DNA from: Podarcis melisellensis
Taxonomy: Eukaryota
NCBI GenBank assembly: GCA_964234715.1
Contig: OZ174276.1
Strand: one strand, 5' to 3'
DNA length: 64,000 nt
In this document: in pieces, positions 52,687 through 64,000 of the stretch
Layout: the number at the start of each line of letters is the position of its first letter
Position numbering within the stretch: position 1 is the first letter of the stretch
The notes under the pieces: model-generated
Database searches by the model: none
The model's input: only the letters and a program-made list of their open reading frames with translations
What the model was told of the DNA's origin: nothing
Program-made: the position numbers and the translations under genes

Positions 52687-53698
52687 CCCCAAGAAGGTGT
52701 GGAATCATTACAGCATTCCTGTTGCTGAATAATATAGTGCATAAAGGGGCCGTGGAAACTATTTGCATTTCCTATCAGAATTCTGTGACTATCAGTGAAG
52801 GCTGCCCCAAGACAGTACCTAGATTTGACAATACAGTGCTGCTAACCAGCGACCTTTGAGTGATGATGTCTGTATGGGGCCTAAGATACCCCAAGAAGCC
52901 CAAATGATGGTCAGAGTTGATGATTTATCTGAATTCACCTGCCCAGCTAGGTAGATGGAAAAGTATCTGTCCAAGGAAAGACAAAGACTAGGAGACATAA
53001 TGAGAGCTGAGTTTGCTGTGTAAGGAACTGAGGGTGCTGGCCACCAGAGCATTTAAGCTGTTCCTCTACAACTTGTATATGATCAACCTGTATGCTTTTC
53101 ATAACATTTTGCTTCCCTATTTGCTTGGTGTCCTTTAAAGCTCGATAAACCCTAATACTTTCCTCGTCCCCAACCTTGCCCATCCATAACGAAAGCACTG
53201 GAGTGAAAACTTCTCTATTTTTACATACAAATCAAACAAATGCAAATTACATATCTTAAAAAGCACAGGCAGAAGTCTGAAAAGTCCACGTCTCTGCTTG
53301 CATCATCCTTCTGCCTTGAGAGATTTTCATTCCAGTGATGGTTTCTGGTGCTGACAACCTTCCCTCTGAATTCAGGCATCGCTTGAGCAGAGAGGCAGTG
53401 AAGGCATTTATGGAGAGCACTCTTTGGCAGCTCAATACATCCGCTTTGGACAGAAACACAGGAAGCTGCCTTGCACTGAATCAGGACACTGGTTCATCGA
53501 GCCCAGCATGGCCCACACTGGCTGGCAGTGGTTCTCCAGGGTTCCAGGCAGGGATCTCTCTTCCGCTCACAAACCCTGGAAATTCACTGAAGGCCAGAGA
53601 TGGAATGGTCCACAGCACAAAGGAAAAGGTAACAAGTGTGAGACAGGGCTTAACGTAAGCCCACTTTGTGGGCTTTACAGAAGGTTTGTAGTACTTAC

Positions 53699-53772
53699 CG
53701 ACAATCCCTGAGGATTTGAGCAGCAAGTGGATAGAGTAGCTGGACAGCAGAGCTACAGCAGTCAAAAGGAAT
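53699..53772 (-). CDS. SLC38A3: SLC38A3 coding exon
   Basis: FLLTAVALLSSYSIHLLLKSSGIV(G); AG/GT; 74 bp. Confidence 0.96.
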
Positions 53773-56700
53773 CTAGAAGAAAAAGAGGAAAGCATTGACA
53801 CCTAAATTGCATGTCCATCCAGAAAGGCAGAGTGGAGTGGCACCTGAGGATTTATCTTCTGAGGGCTTTCTGCAGGAATAACTGAAGCACATCCCAACTA
53901 CGTTTTAGTCATAGGCCCATAATTCCAAAAGCACTATATCCCATCCACATGGATTAGAGGGTACCTGTGTGTTTGGGAGGGGGCAAGGGAAAGACAGCTT
54001 TGTGAAAGGGGATATCCATGTTGCCATGTTTTGCTTTGTCTTGAAATGGCGAGATGGGGTAGAAGAAGAACGACCACCTCTCCAAATATAAAGGGACCCT
54101 GTAACATTTGAAACTTTTACAAATTTATGTGAGATGTTTATATATATATATATATAGAGAGAGAGAGATTCGCAACACAGTGCCAGCATATTGTTGTTGT
54201 GATGATTTACTGCATCTTGCCCTTTTATTGTTTCCTTTCTTATATTAACATGCCGCTTGCTGCTTTGGGGGCCTTTGGGCTGGAAAGCAGTCTATCAACA
54301 GACAATAGTCCTAAGGACAGGGGACTTGTGCCACTTGCTGTTAATCTCATCCCAAGCAATATGCTGTGGGTGTCCATGACACTCGTGCCATCACAGTCCA
54401 AAATATCAACTGCAGCTGCAATGAATCGCATTTTCCATAGGAACAAAACATCTCTTTTTTTCAGTGCCTGGAAAGTGACCTATCTCTGCAACAGAAGGAT
54501 AGCCTAGGCTGCACACAATGAAAAAAGAAAGAAACATGCATTGGTTTCACAAAAATATCCCATGGAAAAGCCCCACAACAGGTTGCCATCCAGTTTGTGT
54601 TGCTTCCTCCCTTAGCTGAAGCTAAGCTCACAGAGTGGGGGGTGGAGAGAGGCAGCAGACTGAAGGCGCAGCTCCATAAGAGCATTAACCTGCTGGCAAC
54701 TATCCTCCATTGGCTCCCCTGAAGATGCACAGAGGCTCTTGTCAATCAGCAGCTGTGGCTGTAATGCCATTCCGTTACGTAACAATTCATTTGTAAAAGG
54801 TGAGCAATCCTGTCCAGGGGATCAAGTACTGGGCAGGATGCCAGGAGAATTCAGAGCAAGAACTGTTGCATGTATGCACACATGGGCACGTACACACACA
54901 CACGCGGAAAGGGACAGCAGGATGGTGCTGGGAAACTCAGCCAGATGGGCGGGGTATAAATAATAAAATTATTATTCATTAGGAAGTGGCAAATCTTGCT
55001 GCTCAGAACAGGAGCCTAACCCTACCACGGAGCATCAAAAACATCAAATTCTTTCTTGTCAAAGGTACTTAAGAGCAAATCTTAAGGAATGGATAGGATG
55101 CTAAAGGAAGAGGGGCATTTGGGTCCCAAGCCGTGTAGGACTTTTAGCTCCTTGGAGGAAGGGTGGGTCATGAGACTGACAAAATCAATCAATAATCACA
55201 TCTAGGCACTTTGTTTATGGCACAGATGAGGACAAGTTAAACAATCTCTGCCATCCCCAGTAATATAGACATTAATTTTTCAGTATTTAAATTTTTCAGC
55301 ATCCTGCTTCTCAGATTATATGGGTGGGGTACAAAGAATAAAATGGTTGTTGTTGTTGTTAGACACACACCCCACTTCAATCTCACAACACATAGAGGTG
55401 ATGGGGCAGAGAAGGAATGGGTGGGATTCAGCTAAACTGTAGCATGCATGGAACAAGGTGTGCTTATACAACAGGAGTTTCCGCCCCCTCCCCTACTCAT
55501 GATCTCCCGTGCTCCAGGGGAACCTCCAGAACAAGATTAGGGCATACACAGAGAGTGGGGTGGGGAGAGATGGGAAGGTCTCATTCCATGAGCAGACCTT
55601 GTTCTCCCCACTAAGTGCTGCACTGAATTGCACTGAAAAGAGTGACAGAGAAGAAAATGACACCAGTGTCAATATATATAGCCCCAAAGCCAGCATTACC
55701 TCATCTGAAGCAACAACCTTTTTTATTCAAATTCTGAAAGAGGCAGGAGGCATTGTCACTTCCGTTATTGTGATCTCTTTGTAGTATTTTGGGGTGGGGT
55801 TAGTTTATTGTACTATAATACTTTTTTTTTTAGGTTACCTGCCCTGGGATTTACAGAGAAGGGCTGTTAACAGCATCAAGAGCAGCAGCAGCAGCAGCAA
55901 CAACAGCAGCAGCAGCATTAATTGTAATAATAGATTGGGCGCATGCCTGACAATTTCCCTCTCTGTTGAAGTAGCTCTTCTTGATGAAAATCTGCAGTGA
56001 TGCCTGTGGTTGGCTGTGTGTTTTTGCCCTTTCAAGGTTTCCAAGTTCATAGTCTGAATCACAGCCACACTGAATAGCTGTCTGTTTTATTTTGGTTAGC
56101 TGCGTGTTTTTCTATCTGCCCACTGTACTTTCTGCATATATATCCATCATGGTTTCAGTCTACAGTCTCTATCTATATATATCTCCAAGGTTAGAGAGGC
56201 TCCTGGGTGCAAAAATATTGCTAGGTGTTGTTATCCCATAGCAGTAGCTTCTTAGAGTCCTATAACTTTGATTATTTCCTTTCTCACCTTAAGCATTAAT
56301 GGTTGGGTATGCTTTAAGAACGTTAGGCTCCCAGTTCTTCCATAATGCTACTTGCACTAGCTGCCAGTGTAAGTTTGTGAACCTGCAACCTTAGCATTAT
56401 CAGCAGCACATTCTAACCAACCGAGCTATCCAGGTTGACTTAACATGGGTCCCAGCTTCCATTTCTTGGCTATGCTGGGCTTCCCAGGCAGTGTCCCTCC
56501 CAGTTCTCTGGCAGGGCAGGTGTTCACACTGGAACACCAGCATGACCAAAATGGAGAAGCAATGCATCGTGTCCCTAGAGATAACTTTTCCCCACCTAAA
56601 GCAGAATCAAAGAAAATCATTTCATTTCAAATCCTGCCTTGCTGCCTGAAAGCTGGCTAACGAATAAAGTGAGACAGTACAAACTGCAACAAATGGAATA

Positions 56701-59700
56701 AAACCTGGGAATAGGCCACAGCCCAGCAAAACCAGTCCATAGCATTCTTATAAACAGAACTAAGCCGCAAGAACTAAGCAGTTTATAAAACGGGGTCCTA
56801 ACCAGCTTCCAAAAACTCAGTAGTGAGGACACTTTGGCACTTCCTCGGCAAGCGAATTCTACAATAAAACACCAAGAAGACGCTTTGTCTTGAAGCCACC
56901 TCTCTCACCTGAGAAAGTGAGAATAGAGCTCTCTAAGGTGATCTTAAGAGCACAGGGAGTGGGTGGGTAGATTTATATATGGGATCTATTGTGGTTCAAG
57001 GTTCTGTGGTAGATGTGCCAGCATCTCCACATCTACGAAGAACAAAAAACTAGAAAGCACCAAAGACTGGCTCCACAAACCCTCCTTCCATTTGTACAGG
57101 AGCAGTGCAATGTGGGTTAGACTGCGTTCCTTTTTAGTTATATATGGATCTTGAGATTCATGGGATTCTGCATCTGCTTCTCCATTCAACACCAGACCAC
57201 TGGATTTTGCACTGTGCTGATCTTCCATTCCACCCTCCACTAAGTTTTTTTTTAAGCTCCTCAGTCTGATTTGTGTATTCACAAGGGCAGGACCAAATTG
57301 TGCTTGGTGCCATTTAGAGGGAGTACTTTCGCTGAAGTGATCGGCCTTGTGCTTCAGAAGCTGCCTAGGGCTGGCAGACTGAGCTCCCTATCCTGTATGA
57401 GCTGTTTGGCCGTAAGGGCAAAGCCTGGGCTTGCGCAGCCTTCCCAAGGCCTGGGGAGTTCAGCTACCCTGTGGAGAGTTTCTGTTTCGTTGCCTGACTA
57501 CGTACAGCAGGGTTCAGCCAGGGACAGTGCTGAGGCATCCAGTCTGCCTCTCCTCAGCCTGTCAAGCCACAGTTTCTTTAGCCAGGGCACAGGATGTCTC
57601 CTTCCAGACAAAAATGAAGACGGCACTGTTTCTGAGGCCTCCTGTGGATAATAGCCACATTCATATTCTCCCTACCTGAGGCATTGTTCTTAATATTGGT
57701 ATATTGGTTCCTTAAACTTGCTGGAAAGCCCTTGTTTCAGCACATTCCTTGAAGTAATCTACCTAGGAACAGACTGATGGTTTAGATCGGAACGTGGGGT
57801 GGGCTGGGGAGGGAGGCTGTGGCCAAAATGTGGATTCATATACTGACACGGCTGGGAATTAACATGAATAAGACCTTTCCTGTAGCCACCAAGAAGGGAT
57901 GCAGGTTCATTATGGTAAATGGAGCACCAACCTTAGTCTGCCCTCAACCAGCCACCACCCTGCCTCCTTATACTTAGAACCAGTACAAGGGGTGGTCCTG
58001 GCTCTCTGCTTCCTCCTCCTTAGTCTCAGAGTTGCCTTTGTAGAATTCAGCAGGGAGGATGGGGACAACACCATGGCTCCCCCTGCTGTTGGCCTCCCTG
58101 CCTTCCACCCTACCAGTCCCAATGGGCACCAGCCAACACTGCCATTAAATGAAACTGGCAGACATTAAAAGGTCTTTGCAATGAGAGGGAAAACATGTTC
58201 ACAAGGTCACTGCCTTTCCATAATGTTAAGATCAGAAGGGCATGTAGGGAGACATTTTTTTTCTGTGAATGTTCCACCGTTGTGGAACTCTTCTCTCCTG
58301 GAGAGTCACCAAGTCTCATTCCAAGTCTGAGCATCTTTTGTGAGAGTTTTATAGCCTTCCTGCTTGACCTGGCTGCTTGAGGTTAAGCCACTTTGTTTTC
58401 TTTTTAAGGAAAAAAAAGAAGATTTATTTGTTTGTTTGTTTTAAGTAGAAACCAAATATTACAACGTGGGCTAAAATGTATATACTAAAGGGGAAATTAT
58501 TCGGGGTAGGTGGATGGAGACATGGGAAGGAAATGAAGTTGTGAAGCAAAAATTAAAATTAAAAAATGATGCGTTGGGCAGAATAGTGGTAACTGGGTTA
58601 GCTAAGGACATAAATAAGAGCCCTTCTGAATCAGAGGAAGGGTTCATCCCGTTTAGCTCCCTGTTTCTAAGATTAACCAGCCAGATGTCTGTGGAAGCAG
58701 GGCATGAAAGCAGAAGCCTTTCCTTGTTTATTGTCCCCAGCACCTGGCAATCAGATGTAGACTTCCACTGAACATGGAGGTTCATATAGCCAGGAAGCTA
58801 CATGGCTAAGAGCTGTCGATAGAATGTATCCCCCACTAGTTTCTCTAATTCTTTAATGATATGCAAGTTAGTGGCCGTCACCAAACCTTGCAGCACTGAT
58901 ATATAAAATTGCACTGTGTGGAGATGTAATGTTTGCAGCATTCTTACGAGGCTTTCTGAATCTGGAAGAGCATGATGCTGCATTATGTTGAGTCAACCTG
59001 GCTGTAACTTTTGTGGGGAGGGTTTTGAGTTGTGATACTATGTTTGGAGCTCAGACTTCACTTTTGTTTTGTGGTCTTGGGCACTTCACCTGTCTCCATA
59101 TTGCCCATCATGCAAATGCCTCTGGGAATCTGAGAAGAAGGAATCAAGCCATGTTGCTTGTTCCCAGCAGCTGTTACTCAGAAGTATACTTTTTCTAGAC
59201 AGGGAAGCTCCATTAGATATCATGTTTGGCAGGGGGGGGGGGTTGTCCATGGGCAGCGCAGGTAAAACACATTCTGGGTGAACAGAGGTGTGGAAAGGTG
59301 TGGCAAGACTAAACTTGGCCATAGTACCACCACCACAATTTGGGCATAGCAGTACCATCACGGTTGCTATTACCTGGCAGCACAGGAAAGAATCAAACTG
59401 AAACAATCTGTGTTATTCATTAGTTGCCGCTGTGCAGAGTCTGGCCATCTGGGCCTCACCCATCCCAAGGGTGTGTTTCTGGACAGGGAGAGATAAAGCC
59501 AAGCACACCACGGGCAGCGAAAATGAAAGATATTGGCAGCAGTGACAGAGGTGCCAGCAGCTGGGTTATCAAGGAAAGAAAAGTAGAGTGAGCTTCAGAC
59601 ATCTCACTCCTTGCGCTTTATAGCTGAGGCAGCTCTCCAAGACCCTTCAACTTTTGGCACTAATTGGCAGGCAATTTGGTACACAGGACAGGGCTGCTGA

Positions 59701-59995
59701 GCTGCTGCTGAGAAGGCAGGCATGCTGCTGTCAGTGGACTGCTCAGGGATGGGCTGACACTGGAGGGGGGGGGTCAAATCAATGATAAGACACAAGGAAA
59801 TTACCCTTTGGTGTCTCTCCTTCTGAGGTGCCATGAGGGGACAAAGACTGTGGCAGAAGGACTCTGAGTGAGAGGCAGGGAAATGTAGATCTTCCAGGGT
59901 AGGAGAATGGGAAAGAAAACCTCCCAGGTGAGAGCTAGGGGGATGTGCATTTCCTGTGGAGTGGAAATTAAGAGCTAGTTGTGTACAGACAAAAT

Positions 59996-60221
59996 TACTG
60001 TATAAGACTAATGTTTTTTGCTAAAAAAAACTAGACAAAAATTGGGAGTCATCTTATACAGAGATAGTGAATGCAGAGGGGGTCGGGCGGGTGAGCGATT
60101 GTGGCAGCAGCCTTCTCCCAAAAAGCTAAACAACTCAAGAAATATTGATTTATTAATTTCAGGTTAAAAAAAATAGGCGTTGTCATACATGGGGGCATCT
60201 TATACACGGAAAAATATGGTA
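59996..60221. mobile_element. Mariner-like MITE remnant
   Basis: TGTATAAGAC near the left end; TCTTATACACGGAAAAATATGGTA at the right end. Confidence 0.55.
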
Positions 60222-62597
60222 TATGCATTTGTACAGTTACCCCACTTTCAGTATCTTGCTGATGATTTACCTCTCCCTTATTTTTCAGGAGGCTGTCATT
60301 AGATAACAGACTGTATGAGTTGTGGAATTTATTGCTGAGATGTTATTGTGTATAATTTGGCATTCATGATTTACAATTGTGTATTATTTGTTACTGTGTA
60401 ATACTTATGATTAACTGTTTAATTTTTTTGTATTGAATGCATATTATGTATTAATATATGTATATTGTTTATTATAATCTATGTTGTAAACTGCACTGTG
60501 GTCTATTGTCAAAGGGCTGTATATAAACTTTTAAAAGGGATGAATGAATGAATAAATACTGTGAGAAAATCACCTCCGTTTCATTGGATTCCAGGATTCT
60601 ATTATAGAGTGCCAGGGCCAAAGATATGACTTGCTGACTGCCAAGAGTGGTGATGCCCGGATAATTGGCATATTGAGATTGATCCCTCTCTATTCCTACT
60701 GACTATGAATGGTTCTTCCTCCTCACCCTGCCCCAGATATAGCTTAAGGCCTATAAACCAAACTGACAGTGAAGTTCCTCTCAGCCCCTGCTGAAGGCAG
60801 CTGCCTCTGCCTGCTGCTTTGTTTGCATAGTTGTGAGTAGTGGTCATATCCCAGAAAGGGGGAGACAGAGTAAGGGACAAAGGGAAATTGGTAACAAATG
60901 AGGGGAAAGTCAACACCTGCAGTGCCCTCAAATGTTTAGTTGACCTAGCAAGAGGCCCCATGGGTGGTCAGGAGCTGGAACATTATATTTTCAAGCCCAA
61001 GATAGCAATACTACATGTACCAACGTCAAGTGAAAAGTGCTCAGCTAGGCTGTGCTGTCATGTGCTGCCTTCTGGCAGGAGAAGGCCCTTCCCTTTTCTC
61101 TAGGGACCCTGACAAGGGCTGCCCAGTGCCACAGAGGGCTGAGTGAGCCCCCTACAATGGCCTTTTATGTATTTCTGCCTGCTGTTCCTTCCACTTCCTT
61201 TCTCCCGCTGGAGGGCATGTTAATGTGCCTAAAAGGACTGCGGCCAACAAAATCTTTGTTTCACACCAACAGCTTTCTAGGTGATGTGCAAAAGAGAAAA
61301 GCCCACAGACGGGACTGCTTCACTTGGCTCTCCATTCCGAAGAGGTGCATTCTGGGTGGTTCTCCAGGCCTCAGTCCCTCCTGGTTCTAAAAGCCAGAGG
61401 AAGGAGGAAGGAAGGGGCATGGGAACCATTTCAGTAGCCCACGTTGTGGAACTCAACTGCCTCAGCACTTCTCAACTCATCAATAGGCTATAGTCATGTT
61501 TGCCCCTAGGCAGGAGGCCCCAACCTGCCCCAACCCACCTGCCACTACCCACACAGTATAAGCCTAACAAGCCTCCTTTGTCTCTTTCATCCCAAAGCCC
61601 AGCTGTTTTCTGATTCAGGAACCACTCTTGCCAATGACCTTAGCTCCAAACAGAGGAGGAACACTCAACTTTTCTATTCAGACTGTCCCCTCACCACCTC
61701 AATGAGGGGAAACATCCAATTGTACCCCAGTTCTCAGCACAGCGGTTTCTAATCATGCTGGGAAGCATGCCACCTCATGCCACCACATCTCCAGGAAAAT
61801 GTAAATCAATGTTCTCCAGTTTAACTATAGCAAAGCCATTAAGCTGCACTAGAAACACTGGGCATGCCTTCTTTTCTTTTTTGCAGTTCCCAAAATATCA
61901 AGATTTTCACACTTTTGTACTATGCAAATCCCCGAAATATCAATTTAGAAAGAAAGCTATGTGATATATCTTTTTTTTTAAAAGTCATGTTTATGTGATA
62001 GAATTTTAGTCTCAAAAATGGAGCAGAAAGGGCTAAGCAGAGTGTTAATGAGTCACATGTGAGTGCTGCTTGAAGCAATCCATATGTAGTGCTTCTCCAC
62101 ATTTATTGTATTACATTTATATCTTGCCTTTTCTTCCATCATGGATCCCAAAGTGGCGTACACAGGTTTCCCTGGAAGTCTCTCATCCAGGCACTGACCA
62201 GACCCAAAACTGCTTAGCTTCAGAAAGGTGGTAGCCTCATGTGCTTTTGGACCATCCCCTGAGACATGGTGGGTAAAGAATACAAAGCCATGGCAAGGAA
62301 AGACTCCCTGCTGCCACCACACTCTGCAGAGCCAGCTCAAGCAGAAGAATGGAGGAGGCAAAAGGACAGGAAAGGGATGGCTGGCAAAATCTTTATCTAA
62401 AGGAGGTCTTCCTAGCACTGAAGGAACATCACAGCAGTAAAACTAATACCAGTTTGATGAAGCAATTTAAATGCTAAATCCAAAATGATCCAAAAGGACA
62501 GCATTTAGAGCAGGATAAGATCAGACTGCCCAAGCTACTAGTGAGATATAAGGGGATGGTATGCATATATTCATAGCTCTTCTGGAAATGGCACTTA

Positions 62598-62816
<219 letters not shown>

Positions 62817-63260
62817 CTATTCCTCCCCATATGTTCCTTACATTAAGTTTGGGAGGGGAAGTGTTGAGAAGGGTGCTATGGAATCCTGCTCCCCCTAGAA
62901 TGATGTCTTAGTGCAGTTCCCAGAATTCAGGTCTGCAACTAGTTTTTCCTCTCCATCTTTCCTGCAGGCAAGTTCTCTTGCCTTCCATTCTACCCCCCCT
63001 CCCCCAACTAAATGATGAAGACTACGGAGCCATATGGCTCTCTGAGGAGGTTGGATTTAGCCCAAAGGCTGGTAATCCCTTTACTGGTAGGTAGCAATTG
63101 ATGGTGGATGGCTTTCTGGAATGGAGTTGCATGGCTGCTATCTAACCCATTTGCAGAATAATACCGGCCTCACATGCCCCACTGCTTTGACACCTTAGCT
63201 CCCAACCAAACGAATTTAAGAGACCTGAGCCTCTGTATTGTGAAACTGTACTGTACTTAC

Positions 63261-63336
63261 ATCAGTGAAATGAGTCTGTTTCTTTTCAGCACCGTGTGGA
63301 AGGAACTCCTCCATCTCTGGCTGGTTGTCATCAAAT
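63261..63336 (-). CDS. SLC38A3: SLC38A3 coding exon (first in window; start-codon exon is outside)
   Basis: ag|A FDDNQPEMEEFLPHGAEKKQTHFTD|gtaagt. HFTD joins FEGKTSFG as in SNAT3. 76 bp. Confidence 0.88.
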
Positions 63337-64000
63337 CTGGATGGTGGGAAAGGACAATGCTTGTTAAAGTGATTACCCTCCTCTTGAAAGTTTCCCTACT
63401 AAGAGCTTGGGCACATGGGATGGTGGTCTGCAGAGTATCCTCTTATATACCCATTGTCTGCTTGCTTAGCCAAACTGGGCAGATATTAGAATCTTCAAGA
63501 GTCTTCACTTGCAGTTGGTCAATGTATAGCCTCTGCTGATTCATACATTACAAAGAAAAAGAGCTAGGCATTGTTGGAACTCCGTTTGACCGAGCTACTC
63601 CTCTGGTCAAGTCTTTGGAATCTCCTCTGATGGTGAATAACGACCTAAGCCTTTAATGAGGCTTCAGGCATGTTCCCTCATTATGCAGAGTATCCAAACA
63701 GCAGAAGGAGATGGAAATATGAGCTACATCGCTACATTTATTTCTAACTACGCAGGACAGAAAAGAATATGAGAGTCAGTGAACCAAATGGAACAAAGAA
63801 ACAGGAAACTAGCAACATCAACATCCGTCTTCCATCTCCTGTGAGACTTCCAACAGTCTGGAATGTAAACAGAGTCTTGTGACTCCAGGCACTGCGCAGT
63901 GGCATAACAAAAACCTAACAGGCATCACCAGCATACTGATCACACTGTGCCCCAAATCTCCTTATACATGCAGGTCCTGCTTACCCAACACAATGTGTTC

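Noticed and set aside
63770-63790. FTD-encoding sequence as an SLC38A3 exon end
   Set aside because: No GT donor follows; the true HFTD exon is 63261-63336.

Overview
Vertebrate genomic DNA from a squamate reptile; the SINE, BovB and MITE families suggest a lacertid lizard. Two conserved genes lie on the minus strand in the same order as in human 3p21. SLC38A3 (SNAT3 glutamine transporter) has 14 coding exons at 38917-63336, all with GT-AG boundaries; its start exon lies beyond the right edge. GNAI2 coding exon 1 is at 6763-6880 inside a CpG island, and the rest of that gene lies beyond the left edge. The ~32 kb between them holds the most unusual signals. (1) A non-autonomous hAT-like DNA transposon (20945-21677) has captured a genomic piece of sepiapterin reductase (SPR): upstream sequence, the whole still-open coding exon 1, the splice donor and the start of intron 1. 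This is a Pack-type element now decaying by CpG deamination, and its donor is phase-compatible with GNAI2 exon 2. (2) A decayed, internally duplicated, multi-exon plus-strand gene relic (~9.3-17.5 kb) lies head-to-head with GNAI2, with weak resemblance to RlaP-type nucleotidyltransferase repeats (speculative). (3) A ~460 bp TSD-flanked insert carries a hammerhead-ribozyme-like fold (26736-26806). The rest is LINE fragments (RTE, BovB, L2, CR1), tRNA-derived SINEs, hAT and Tc1/mariner MITEs, microsatellites and one 133-N gap. Family names come from recalled motifs, not database searches.
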